DNA of 64,000 nt from assembly GCA_048013815.1 (NCBI GenBank), contig CM106585.1, positions 3,410,001 to 3,474,000 on the forward strand. The letters run 5' to 3'. Positions within the stretch are counted from its first letter, which is position 1, and each line of letters begins with the position of its first letter. Shown here one piece after another: positions 12,101-25,674 of the stretch. This DNA is from Setoptus koraiensis. Its lineage: Eukaryota > Animalia > Arthropoda. A program made the translations under genes and the position numbers. A model generated the notes under the pieces. The model worked only from the letters and a program-made list of their open reading frames with translations. It searched no databases and was not told the origin of the DNA.

Positions 12101-15100
12101 CAGCGCCAGTCCGGCGCTCACAAGCCAACGCCAGTCGACACCGACACTGACAACGCTGACCACTGCGCGCTGACCACTGCGCGCTGACCACTGCGCGCTG
12201 ACCACAATCCGCGCCGCTCGCCACAAGCTAATAATAATCTGGCCCAAGCGGCGACTTATCTGCTGCCGCGATCTCAACCAATCTCTGCCAATTTTCGAGT
12301 TGTTTAATTCTTTAATTCTGCTGCGGCTGCCACACAATCCAGCAGCCAACATGGATTTATCCGCGCGCCTCGTCCATTCGCGCATCTATCCATTTATCCA
12401 TTTATCGTTTGGCATCCTGTTCGGCTGACACATAGATGGCGATCGGCGATACCAGCGACACTCGCAACACAAGTGATACATGGAGAGTGATACTCGAGCG
12501 CTGTCGACAATGCCATTTCTCGCAAAACTGAGCCCAATTTCGGTTGGTAGCCGCTCGCCAACAACAAGTAACCCAATGCAAGCAGCACAAAGAGCCAGAT
12601 CTCAGCGCTGATAGCGCCCACCGCACTCCATCATCCCCTTCGGCCACTGCCCATAACTGCAAACTGACCACTGCCAACTGACCGCTGCTGTTTATAACTG
12701 ACTACACCAAAATGACCGCTGAAAACTGACCACTGCAAACAGCGCCGATGACTGCATATCGAGCACAATCAATAAAGTAGCCACTGGTGCGCCCTTTATT
12801 GATAATATATGTCACTGTCTTTTTAGATACGAGAGCGGTAATTCGAGCTGCCGCTCGCCGTCAACATGTCGCCCCGTTATCGGGCCGCAGCCAACGGGCC
12901 CGTTGGCGGCCGCATCTTATCGCACGGGACACGGGACGGCGCATAGGTGAGTGAGTAATGATGGCCGAATGTCACCGCGCTCACAAGTGACACCAACGAC
13001 TCATCAATTCATCAATGTCACTTGTTGGGCGTGACTTGTGTGTGCGCCCTCTGGCCGGCTCGCTTGGGCGCCCGACGCTGGTTGCCGGCTCCATTGGAGC
13101 CACCCGGACCGGCCCGGTCCGGGCATCACGCCCTCGCAGCCCGGCGTGAGTAGTTCCCATGGTCGGTGTCATATCCACGAGCGCACGACGATGTCCATAC
13201 GATATTTCATACGATATCCATACGACATCTCATGCGATATCCATAGGAGCCGCATGACGATATCCATGCGATATACGCCGATTTGCACCGCTCCAGCCCA
13301 AGTGCAGCGGCCATTGGAGCAGGTCGGGCCGGCGCACCGGGCACAGTGGGCCGGCGGCGCGCAGCACACTGTTGCCGTGTTTGAGACGCCACTAACTGCG
13401 TATAAAATGACTGTGATGATAAAATCTCGCTTGCGCCGCGGGATACGCGCATAATGGAGGAAATGGCCGCTTGTCTCCAGCGCACCATCGGAGCAATGAC
13501 AGTGGCAATGGCAGCGCCAGCAAACAGTGGATAACAGCGCCCGAAGAATCGGCGGCCATCAGATGATAATTGCGCCGGACGGCCGGCCGAAGAGCGCACA
13601 GACCGACGTTTGGAGAGACAGATTGTCCATTATATTATATCTATTAAACGCGCATTGGACATTGTGCATTGTGTTTATCTCGCTAAATGACCGCTGCGCG
13701 GCCATCGGACGCGCCGACGATGCCCGGCGGTGCGCTCGATGGTGCGCCTGATGATGGATGCGTCCGCCAAACACCAGGTGACTGGCCGTTGTTGGTGACG
13801 CGAGCCACTCGGAGAGGTCGCTCCGTTTTTTCTGGCCACCAAGTCTCGAACCGAGTCTCGAACCGAGTTCGAAGTGCAGCGAAAGTGGACGCCAATCGTG
13901 GTTGGTGGCGCCGATTTGATTTGGCCCATTGAATGTCAATCGGCTAAATCAAATCACTCACACCAATCAGTGGGCTTGCATCATTGGCAGGCTCGCATTG
14001 GCCGGCAGTGATAATGGTGGCAATAATGGTGCCCAAAACGGCGACCATGGTGGCAGCAAAAGAAAGGTCAGCAGTAAATTAGCGGTCAGTTTATTAGCCG
14101 GTTTCAGTGGCCGCCAATGGTGGCCAGTTAATAATAAATGGAACACTGTGACTGGCCATCTAATCGCTCATTGCGACCGTCCGATCGTTGCGACCGGCAT
14201 CTTACGAAGTGTCCGGCGATGTCCGATGTGGCCGGCCAACTGGGAATGGCCGGACAAACGCGAACAAGCCAACTGGTGGCTGACTGCGCCAACAATGGAC
14301 AGTCAACGGACGCCCAGTGCCAATGGCATCGAATTCGAAGGTCGGACGCTCGAACGTCGAACGTGCACGTCGAAGCGGCCAGTTGCGCAGCGCCGACAGA
14401 ATGGAAAGAATGCGACAAGTCAGCTTTTTGTTGCTCGCTCGTCGGCGCACACAACGATCCAGTTGCGTCCAGTTGATTGCCAATTCGAACCAATTGCCGC
14501 TTTTCGGTGTCGCGTCGCCGATTAGTGGCCATTCACTGGTGGCCATTGTTTGCATTTTGGTGGCAGTCGTTCGCAGGATCGGCCCTGTCAATTGTGTTGG
14601 CCCCCGTTTTTGTTGCATTGATTCGTTTGGGCTGCGCTGGCGCGACCATGGAACGCAACCGCCTAACGCTCGCGAACACTAACGAGCCGCGTTGCGCCAA
14701 ATTTGCCCGTGACCAATGGTCAAATGCACCGGTTTTAGCACGGCGGCAGCACCGGCTTGCCCGGCGATATGGAAAATGGAGCGCTTCGATTTTCAATTGA
14801 ATTCTTTCATTCCATTTAAGTCGTTTGCGCTCACTGGTTGGCGTTTGGCTCGATTGGCCGGTTCGGGTCTCGGTTGGCCGGTTCGGCGCTCGGTTGGCCG
14901 GTTCGGGGCTCGAGCTCAGCGCACCGTGCGGCCAAAGTGGGCAAAGTCAGCGCTCGGCTAGGTGAAATTTCGCTGAAATATGCGGCCGCTGGCCGGTGCG
15001 ACGGCCACCGCGGGCCCCAACAACCACGCTACTGACTGCGGTGGTCCGATCCGGCGCGGCCCGCGGGCACTCGCATTGCATGAGTCACATACATGAGTCT

Positions 15101-18100
15101 GTATGATACAGAGTACGTGCACAACAGTGTGCCCACAATGGCAGCACGTGTTGTGTCGCAATTGTGGGCCAGAATGGTGTGACAGTCGCGCACAACCTAG
15201 GCTACAAATGTGCCAAATATGCCAAATGTGGCCAATGATGGTTTGCGGTTTGCGCGGCCGCCGGCCGGGGCGACAACAGCGCCACAACAGCGCCACAACA
15301 GCGCCACAACCGCGCATCGACAACCGGCGTGCACGAGCAACCGCAACGCGCACCTCAGCGCAGCACGTGCAAGAGTTGCAAGAGCCAGCAACAGGCCCCA
15401 TTGTTATAGTGACTGTGTTACAATAACTTGTACGTATCGGTGTCACCGCAAACGTACATTGTTAATGCGCATTGTTGAGTTTTACACGCACTCGCGGATC
15501 GTTTTTTAGCTTTTGGCAGCGCCATTTACACATATTTACATATTTACATGTGTCGCGCATATTGATGCGCGCGTTCCAGTTTTTAACGAGCAGCGTCAGT
15601 TGTTAAAACTTGTCGTTGTTGTTAAATCTGGCCATTGATGGTCGTTTTGTTTGACACGGACACAACACGGGCGCGCATAAGCGGGCGCGTTTTGTCCCGC
15701 GCCGGCAGCAACAAGCCGCGACAAGCCGCGACGACCCGCGACGAGCCGCTACAAGCCGCGCGGTGGTCAGCGACACTGCAAAGCCCTGTAAGCGATCCGC
15801 GCCGATGTTTGCCCGAGATTTACCTGAGATTTACCTGAGATTGAGCCGACGCTTGGGCTGAGATCGCGGTGCGGAGAGCGTGCGAATGCCAGCGCACTGT
15901 CGGGTGTGCGCAGGGGCTCGGTTTCGGGCCGCACAACGGACCGCAACAGGGTGTTGTTTGCGCCCATCGTTTGTTGGCCGCTGACATGTGTTGCCGTTGT
16001 CAACTTTGTCACGCCGCTTCTGGCGTCGTCGTCGGTTGTTGCCGGTTGTTGTCGGTCGCTGTTGGTTGTGGTCGGTCGCTGTTGGTTGTGGTCGGTCGCT
16101 GTTGGTTGTTGCCGGTTGTGGCCGGTTGTTGGCGGTCAGTTGTGGCTCGCGGCGCTAATGCAACTATAACAAGCAGCGACATGACAGGCCGAGAGAAAAG
16201 AAAAGATTATAAAATAAAATAAGTATCGCATTAGATTGGATACGCGATACTCTGGCGCTTTGTTGTTGTTTGTAACACAATGAGCGTGAGTATAATTGAT
16301 TAGCGGTGACAATTGGAGCAGCCGAGCCTTCGCTCGCAAATGCCAACTGCCCAGCGCCGAACGCCGAACGCCGAACCCGACATCCAATATCCAATTGTCG
16401 ATAGTTGGACAGCGGACAGCGGCACACTGGGCGCTAACCGGGCCGACGGCACGCAAACCGATGGCACGCCGGCCAAACCGATGCCAATGACGACAATTCC
16501 GCCCAAGGGATAAACCCATTGACAATGCATTGTGTTGCTGCACTTTGTCAAGTTCATCATGTTTTTCTGGCCGCTTCGAGCGCTCTGATTCTTTGCGATT
16601 CTTTGCGATTCTCTCGCTTCTTTTGCACTCCTTCGAAGCTCGTCCCGTTTCTGTGTGTGCTCGCCAGCAGCGTACGTGACAAAGAAGCGCAAGGCACAGG
16701 GGGTATCATGTCGACATGCATTGTCGCCGGTGGTTGCCGTTGTTGCCGCTGCCGTTGCTGTTGCTGTTGTTGCCGTTGTTGTTGTTGCTGTTGCTGCCTG
16801 TTGTTGCCTGCTGCTGGAACCTGGCGGCGACCGGCACCGGCAACAACCGCAACAACGGCGAACACGGCGACAAAAGCAACGACAACAACGGCAACGACGA
16901 CGGCACTGTGGCCACAAGCGGGGTGACATAAAACACAACAGTTGCTCGCCTCCCGTCTATTGAGCTCATGCGAGCTAATGATGCTCGTTTGTTGTTGATG
17001 CCACAAGCAGCCAACAAACGAGCGCCGAGTGACCAGCGGTCAGTTTGTTGGCCGTTGTTTGCTTGTCGCCGGTGGTTGTTGTGACCAATCGCTGGCAACT
17101 AATTAGCGCCATCAATTGTTAGCCATCTGCTTGCAGCGCAGTTGTGCCCATCAGTATTGGCGCAAACAGCCAATAATATTCAGCGGCCAACGATGACCAA
17201 CGATGACCAACGATGACCAATGATGGCCAATAATGGCGAGTTATCGAGTGAGCGCCATTTTCCAATCAATCACACACGCTAGCCGCACATTGAGTCGGAT
17301 ATTGAGCACAATTGGAAACATGTGCCAGCATAACAGTCGACTAATTAAACGCACACAACGCGCTGTAAAATCGCACTCTATTGGCCGCTATCTCAAATAT
17401 AAATACTGCTCATACCTACTGCTGCCATATACTAACTAACCGACGAGCGAGCTAATTAACTAATTAGCCCGCTGCTTGTACTGGCACTAACACAATCGTA
17501 TGGTCGCTGGCCGAAGTGGCCGGAGTGGCCGGAGTGGCCGAAGTGAGCAAGGACACTCATTAGACTGTATTAAGACTTTATTAAGTCCGCATGCAAGTGA
17601 GCGCCGCCGACGCGCCGCTGGACCTGTTGCTCTGGCGACCGAAGCGGCGCCAATTGCCGTCCGGGCATCGCTATTCCGCTGACACAAACTAATATTTATA
17701 TTAGCATATTTGGCCGCGTTCGCGCTCAATAACACTCATCGAATGAGTGTGACCAGCGGCATCGACAGCAAACGATCGGATGTGACACAGTTAGACTGGT
17801 CAGTTGGCGCAGCGGCATGCGGCGCCGAGCAGGCAAGCGGCACAAGCGGCGCAAGCGGCACAGAAGAGGCCAACCCACACAAATGGCCCACATCCTGTGC
17901 GTCGGTTGATATCGGGCCAACGGATATTCGCTGGGATATTTATCACTGATGAATTATCAGTGGGCCGCCGCTGGAATCTGGCCTGTTGATCTGCTGACCG
18001 GATTCTAGTGATAGATGCTGCGACGGTCACAAGACAAGAGGCAGCTCGACGAGCTGGCGAGTCTGGCCAAATGTTGACAATGTTGTTGTGTGATTGTCGC

Positions 18101-21100
18101 TGCGGTGGCTCACGGCTGGCTAAATGGCGGCTAAATGGCGGCTAAATGGCGAAAATTGAATCAGAGATGCGTCGACGAGATTCGAGCGATGCGCAAATTA
18201 CACATTAGCGCAAACTAAGTGGATAAGGAAAGTGATTACGATCATGACGATCATGATGCTGATAATGACGACGATGACGCTCATGGTGACCGTGATGACC
18301 GGCTTCATGACGATGATAAAACATGATTAAAGACGAACAAACGCAACGCAAACAGAAGTGGGCAGATAAACAAAAGTGATACACTTAAGTGATAATTGTA
18401 CACTGTACGGCCAAAGAAAGAATTGCGCAACAAACAGAGCGGTGACACTGGCTCCTTTGTGGCGTCTTCAGTGTGAGTTTGAATACGTCCGAAGAGAGTA
18501 TAAAAGAGCCAGCGAGAGAGAGAGACTATAAAATGGTAATGACGACCATAATGATGGATGGTCGTCATCGCTGATTCAAGCCGCATCGGCAGGCCGTAAT
18601 GCGCCGCCGCTTATGAGCGGCCATTTGTGAGCGGCCACAACGATAGTATCAACAGCTATATCATTACGTAATAACTCATATAAACTGATACTCATATTAT
18701 GCTACACATAATATAAATATAATATAATATGTGTATCACTTTTATGATGCAACATTAGCATGCAAAACACGCTTACTTTTATTTACTTTTCGGTTGTGCG
18801 TCTGCGCCCGGCGATTGGGGCTTGCGCGTCTCGCGCATTCGAGTCTTGGAGCTGTGCGATTCGAGCGCCTCGAACGCTTCGAACGCCTCGAACGCTCCGA
18901 ACGCATCGAACGAGAGTGTGCCGTCGCAAGCTGAGACAACCAGCCAACAGCAAATATATAAATGTAAAGCGTCTGAATATTGTGCAATTGTGTATGGCGC
19001 AACAGTAGCCGTTTGCAGACGACAACAACAGCGCCAGCGACAACTCGCTGCTGTTGCGCAATCTTATCTAATCTAATCTAATGGGCATACGATTGCCGAA
19101 AGTTGATATACGAACGAGGCGAATATATTATTGCCGCCGTCGCTTGTTATTGCGCCGTGGCACGTATACACACACATGAGAGTGCCTACATATACATGTA
19201 AGAGTGTAGCGAGTGTCACGACCACCTTGCCTAGCTCGCAATTTGCAAGTTGCAAAGTCTCTTCGGGCATGTCGGAGCTGCTGCCGGGGTTTGCGTGCCG
19301 CCGGCTCGAAACGCTCAAACTGCGACCGCCAAAATGCCGGGCCGGCCAATAATTCAAGCGGGCCGCTTTTGGAGAGCGGCTTTCCCAGTGGCCGCTCATT
19401 AGGCGCTCACATCACACACTCAGCGGCAACTCAGACCCGACAGCAACTGAGACCCGACAGAAACTGAGACCCGACAACTGAGACCCGACAACCGACAACA
19501 ACTCAGACATGACAACAACACAATCCCAACAGCAACACAAACTCGGCGACAACACAAACATACACGACAGGTGAGCCAGCTCGCCGAGCGTTGAAGTGGG
19601 AGCGTTATCATGCGTACAACATTGCAACACTGCAACATTACATCATCATATCATCATATCAGCGGCGGCAGCTACAGCGATGCCATTGTGAGAATTGTCT
19701 CTCGTCTGCCCGTTCGACTGGGCGACTTTGCGACTTTTCTGCGACTCGGCGGCTTCTCCGCGACTCGGCGACTTCTCTGCCACTCGGCGAATCGGCGGCT
19801 TGCCTGCCCATCGATGACTCGACGAGCGGCCGACAAACAGAGCGCGATTGTCGGGCCGCCGCAATCAGCACTGGAGCGTCGCCACTGTGCGCACCGTGGG
19901 CCAGTTTCGCCGGCCAGTTGCGCCGGCCAGCGCCGAAGAGAAGCCGAAGAGAAGCCGAGGAGAAGCCGAGCAGAGCAACGAAAAGTTGCGAGCGGCTTGT
20001 CATAACTAACCATTGACTAACCACCTACTATAATTTAATTTCTTGTCATTGCCAATTGGCGCTCATTCAATCGCAGCTTCACACACAACACAATTGGCCG
20101 CAGCTTCTTTTGTTGGTCTCGTCACGATCATGGCATCATCGCATCATTGCGTCCTCGCACCATCTCGCCGTCTCAGCCCGGCATCATCTGGCATCATCTG
20201 GCATCATCTGGCATCATATCAGCGTCGCAGCGTCGCAACGTTCGCAAGTGGCTTCGATTGTGCGACTTTGATCTAATGCGCGAGCCCCGGCCAGCGCAAT
20301 GTCGGCTCTGGCCAGCGCAACGTCGGCTCTGGCCGGCGCAACTGCTGGCCAGCGAGCATCGTGTGATCGACACTCGATCGCCCGCGAGTCGTGCAACAGT
20401 CAACTACCTGTTGCGCCGCCCGTCTGCTGCCGGCCACTGTCAACTTTGTCAGCTGTGTCGCATCTCGCAAACCGCCAACTCTCTCACCGCCTGCGAGCGT
20501 TCTTATCGTTCGGAAGGCAGCGTTCGAACGTTCGAACGTCCGAACGTTCCGACGGGCACCGTTCGAACCGACAACCGAGCGTTCGAACCGACGGCCATTT
20601 GTGTGCCCACTGGAGCGGCACAATGAGTGCTCACAAGCGCTGCTCACACAATGGGCACGCACACCGGCCGCACTCATATTACTCATATTACCTGTGTTGC
20701 GCTTATGCTCACGCCAACCTAACGCCATGTATCCATATCTCGTCAGGTGAGCCGCAAGCACGCCATCGCACTAATGAGTATTGACGCTGATCCAATTATT
20801 CTGCTCCACTGGCTCGCTGTCTCTCATTATTATCGTTTGTTTGTTGCGCCTCCAATTGGCTTCAGTGACTCAAGTGCAGTGGCAATGTTTGCCCAGTGCG
20901 ACAACATCGCACAACCGGGACACTGTGCCACCACCCTGTTGGCACAATGTCCCGACACTGTGCAACTGTGTGCCAAAGTGATGCAACTTGGGTGTCGCAT
21001 CACTTTGGCCAACGAGCAACATTTCTGAGCGGTCAAGGTGCCAACATTTGCGCCCAACTGTCAATCGCCCTAGTGGCGTCATCCGTCCATCGAAACATTC

Positions 21101-22131
21101 AACTCGCACCAAGTCAATGCTGGCCCAAACAGCTGACTGTTGTTGACAAGCGACGCGCACTGGCCAGCGATGAGTTTGCTTGAGCCGGCCGGTAGCACAA
21201 AGTGACAATAAGTTGTTTAATTATTACGTAACATTACGCAACGCAACACTACGCAGCGCAACACTACGCAACGCAACGGCGGCAAAGACAAATGTTGCAA
21301 TAAAATGTCTCAGAAGCGTCGAAGGTCGTGTGATTTTTTCCATCTTTCTCATGGCTAGCCAAGCAGAGGCAATTACGCAACGCGGCCGCTTGTGAGCTGA
21401 ACTTGAACACAATCTCGGCGTTGTCGCCGATGTCGCCTTCGTCGCCGTTGGCGCCGCTATTGCGCAACAGCTCACATAAGAGATACACTGCAGCGGCAGC
21501 AGCAGCAGCACAACATGTATGAGATGACACGGGATGGCCATGTGCCTGCTGGCTGTCACACAGCCACGACAGTGTTGCTGCTGTCGCCATCATCATTGGT
21601 CATCATCATAATCGCATAATGACGCAACAGTATCACTGGCGCAAAACTGGCTTCCTCATTCGGCCCAATGACACAATATGTTGTGTACACTGTTTATATG
21701 TTTATATGTTGGCCACTGTTTGGCCGTGTTTCGTTTGTTGTTTGCGTCTGGTTGCAACTCAAACAGTCGGCAAACGGTCAGCGTGGTTGCGTCTGCAATT
21801 GCGAGTTGTCGCTTGCCGAGTGCTCACAAAGTTGTGTCAGCTCACAAAGTCGTGTCAGCTGACAATTTTGTGAGCCAAACACTTTGGATAAACACTTGCA
21901 AATTGCAATGGACACTGGCATGCCCAACAGTGTCGGCCGTGCTCGCTTTAATGCTCGAATGCGCCATCAAACTCTCATCATCAAACGGCAGCTTCGGCCC
22001 CAAAACTGAGCTAGCCAGCGCCCGAGCGAGACGCCGTCAGCCAGCGAGACGCCGTGAGCCAGCGAGCGGGCGCACAATGGCAGCACAGCGGCACCACAAG
22101 TCCGACGGATCTGATAACGCAATTTGTATAT

Positions 22132-22203
22132 TAGTTTGCGTAATAGTTTGCGTATCAGTTTGCCTAATACTCTGCGTATTATATTGCGTAATAGTTTGCG
22201 TAA
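22132..22203. repeat. 12-bp imperfect tandem repeat x6 (TAGTTTGCGTAA)
   Basis: Read directly. Confidence 0.85.
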
Positions 22204-22820
22204 TAGTTCAAGGATCAGTTTGTGTGTTAGTTTGTGCATTAGTGTGCCCAGTAGTTGGTTAGCCGAGTTTGGTTTAATTGATCGCAGACACATTAGCGCA
22301 ACACTTGGCGCAACAAACCATTTGCCGCTCTCAAGTGTCTATATCAATCTAGGGGGACAATATCAACTTTTGGCCATTATCACCATTATCACCATTGTAC
22401 CATCAGCAGCCACCGGACTCCAGTGAGCGGAGCGGCGCCATTGCGCAGCACGTAACGCTGCCAAGTCGCAAAGTTACCAAGTTACATAATAGCAACACGA
22501 CGACGAGTAGCCATGATAATAGCGACGCCAACCAATAAATAATAACAATTGATGGGTGATAAAAACGGTTGCTGGCCACTGTGCCGCCTAGAATCGGCCG
22601 GCCACTGCTAAAACAAAGCATCATAAGCGTCATGTATCATGTTTTGTTGTGCTGGCTTGTTGGCCCGCGGCTGCGCTCGCTCGGCCCGCATCGAGCGCGG
22701 CCAGCAGCTGATTGAGCGGATGGGGCGAGCGGCGCAGTAGCCCGTATGCTCACTATTCGCCGCTCACTACACAATGCAGCCCGATGCAGCTTGATGCGGC
22801 ATGATGCAACGCAATGGTCA

Positions 22821-22880
22821 GCGGCGATGGTCGGCGGCGATGGTCGGCGGCGATAGTCGGCGGCGATGGTCAGCGGCGAC
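22821..22880. repeat. 13-bp tandem repeat x~4.5 (GCGGCGATGGTCG)
   Basis: Read directly. Confidence 0.9.
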
Positions 22881-23587
22881 GGTTGTAGCCTGCGAATCGC
22901 GCTGCGAAGAACGCGGCCGGCGCGCAAAGAATCGGGCAGCAAATTGATTGCTAATTATCGATTGAGTTGCGCCGTCATTGTAATTATTCATAATCATGCC
23001 CGCTCGTCGTCGGCAGCATCGCCGTCGGTCATTCAGGTGTCGGGCTTGCGAGCAGATGTGCGGCCCACAGGAGGAATTGTTGCGCTTGTTGCGCTTGTTG
23101 CGAGCGATTCTTCGGTAACAGCGCCACCACTGGCACTATGGCCACCACTGGCTCAACAGTGTTGAGTCAGCGCGAACAATGCGACCGGCGCTTGCGAGCC
23201 GCCAGCAAACGAATTCGAATGAATCGGCCGGCAAGATTCCTCGCTGGATTCTCTCTGGCGCTTGTGGGCCGGCAAGCCGGCGAGTCTGCGACTTTGTGAG
23301 CTCAGGTGAGCCGCGCTCGGGCGAGCGGTAGCGGTTTGTGTGCGTGGGCCCTAGCGAAGCAAATGCACTGGGCCAATTGGGCCGATTCGGGCCAACAGCG
23401 CGCTGCCAAATCAAAAGGAATTCGCACGAAATTCACACGATCGACGGGCAACCTTTGAGCGTAGCTGTTGAAAGCAAGTGGCCCGCTCAATTGGCGCTAA
23501 GGCCACTTGAGATTTTCATTGGACGGTGATTATCGTGCAACGAGCAGGTATCATGTTATGCTTGCATAACATGGCGTTATGAGCGAG

Positions 23588-23675
23588 CATCGTGTTGTGC
23601 GAGTATCATGTTATGCAACCATCGTGTTATGCAACCATCGTGTTATGCGACCATCGTGTTATGCAACCATCGTGT
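23588..23675. repeat. 16-bp tandem repeat x~5.5 (CATCGTGTTATGCAAC)
   Basis: Read directly. Confidence 0.9.
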
Positions 23676-24059
23676 AGTATTGCACTGTGTGCTCAACGCT
23701 CAGCGCCAACAATCAGCAGCAATCATCTAGCAGTGCCAGCAGCAGCCTGCAAATATAGACGAAATGCAAATTAGCACCGTGCTCTCATTAGCGATGGCTG
23801 CCAATAATACATTGTGTACATGATACACGAGCTGCCAATGATACGCTCAGCGCCGATGTCAGTGCCAATGCTCACAATTGGATAATTGCCGCGCCATTAT
23901 CGTACCATTGGCCGGCGAGCCAGCCAATGGTAATTGAAAGTGATTTAATTAGAGCTGGAACATTTTTCATTTCGTTCACATCGTTTGTCCATTGGCACTG
24001 CCAGCGCATGATACTCTCAGCGCGCTGTAATGCGCGCACTGGCAGCCCAACACCACACA

Positions 24060-24157
24060 CAACTTACGCAACACAACTTACGTAACATAACCTGCGCAAC
24101 ATAACTTGCGCAACATAACTTACGCTACGTAAGTTACGCAAAATAACTTACGCAACA
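24060..24157. repeat. 14-bp imperfect tandem repeat x7 (YAACTTACGCAACA)
   Basis: Read directly. Confidence 0.85.
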
Positions 24158-24630
24158 TAGGGCCGGTTACATAACTCATTGCGCATGGTACAGCGACCAG
24201 CACAGGAGTATCGATTATTATGTAACATGTAATTGGTATCATCGCTGGCTGCGATGGTCCGATTTTGTCCTTGTGACTCACTGCTTGCGAGTCGCAGGCT
24301 GCGAGCGGAGCGGCCCAGCATTGCGAGACCCGATTGAGTTGGGCGGCCAATATGAGCCGGCCTGCGAATCGGCCGGCCAAATTAATCGTTGGGCCAGGCA
24401 TTGAGAAAATAAAATTCCCACAATCACGGCCACACACACCGTCCCATTGGACGGGCTCGAGTGACCGTGGCCGCTCGGGCGGCCCGAGCGAGCCATCGCC
24501 TGCGCATCGCCCGTCAGTGGACGGCTCAATGGTCAATGGGCAGAGCGACGACACGCAACAAGCGCCCACTAACTAGACGCACACAATGAGGTAACGCACA
24601 AACTCTGGCTCTGCTCGCCGTCGGCCGGCT

Positions 24631-24705
24631 CACCCGACGATCACCCGACGATCACCCGACGATCACCCGACGATCACCCGACGATCACCTGACGATCACC
24701 TGACG
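24631..24705. repeat. 11-bp tandem repeat x7 (CACCYGACGAT)
   Basis: Five CACCCGACGAT units then two units with CACCTG. Confidence 0.93.
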
Positions 24706-25595
24706 ACCGTTAGACTCTTGTGACAAGAGTCTCGTCACTTGTGACAGGGGAAGTGGCGCCGCCGTCAGCTGTTGTCCGTCAGCCGCCAACTCTGCCTTCT
24801 CTCAGAGCAGTTCTCTCAGAGCTGCGTGCGGACCGGCGCCGCGCCGCAGCAACAGGTGACCGCTGTCCGGAGAGTCGCAGGCGCGAGGTGTGTGCGAACC
24901 ACGCGGCCAATAAGCCGGATAATGCCGGCCCGTTGTCGACGGTGACATGTGCTGCGTATCTGGCGCATGTCGTGTCCGTTAATGTCGCTCGGCGGCCGCT
25001 CACCTGGTAGCCGGGCCATCGCGGCGTCCAATCTAATTGAGTGTCCATATTATATTAGTTATATTATATTAGTCACATTATATTAGTGTGTGTGTGGCGA
25101 GTAATTACCTGTGCGTCTGGTCAGTGTGCGTCTGGTCACTGTTGAGCACACACGCACACTGTTATTGTCGTTGTCGGTGTGCGTTGTGTGTTTGTCGGTG
25201 GTCATTGACATGTTGTTGTTGTTGTGTTCACCTGTTGCCGCTGTCAGTTGTTGTCGCTTGTTTGTCGCTTTGCGGCCCGCAAAGCACCTGATACCGGCGC
25301 ACTGATGAGGCGCTGCGCTGCGATGCGCGCCGATCGGCGCGGCGCCGGCGGCCGGCCAAAGGTAAACACGCACACGATACAGTATAATGATAACAGCAAC
25401 ATAATGCATCGGCACAGCACAACACTGGCACAGCGGTTAATGATAACATGATACCGCGGGCACACAATGGCCATAAATGATAGGCCTAATGGTAATATAC
25501 ACCTGTGCACATGTGGTGGCTCTAATAAAAATTGAGCCATTTGTGTGCGCACATAAACACGCCGACTGTCAAGTTGACAGTGTTGCCCCGTTCAA

Positions 25596-25674
25596 TCGGA
25601 CAGTCGAAATTGTCGGACAGTCAAAATTGTCGGACCGTCGAAATTGTCGGACGGTCGAAATTGTCGGACGGTCG
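25596..25674. repeat. 17-bp tandem repeat x~4.6 (TCGGACRGTCGAAATTG)
   Basis: Read directly. Confidence 0.9.

Larger units (their letters stand above)
21224..24225. promoter_or_regulatory. Homotypic cluster of C/EBP/PAR-bZIP (Giant/vrille-type) sites TTRYRYAA; putative enhancer
   Basis: At least 19 exact octamers (TTACGTAA, TTACGCAA, TTGCGCAA, TTGCGTAA, TTATGCAA, TTACATAA, TTATGTAA, TTGCATAA), most within four different tandem arrays. Confidence 0.45.

Noticed and set aside
18399-18428. TA-CACTGTACGGCCAAAG resembles a Tc1 terminus
   Set aside because: No matching inverted partner found in the window.
20520-20590. GTTCGA runs as tRNA T-loops or heat-shock elements
   Set aside because: No cloverleaf or A-box, and no three properly phased nGAAn units; these are simple self-complementary repeats.
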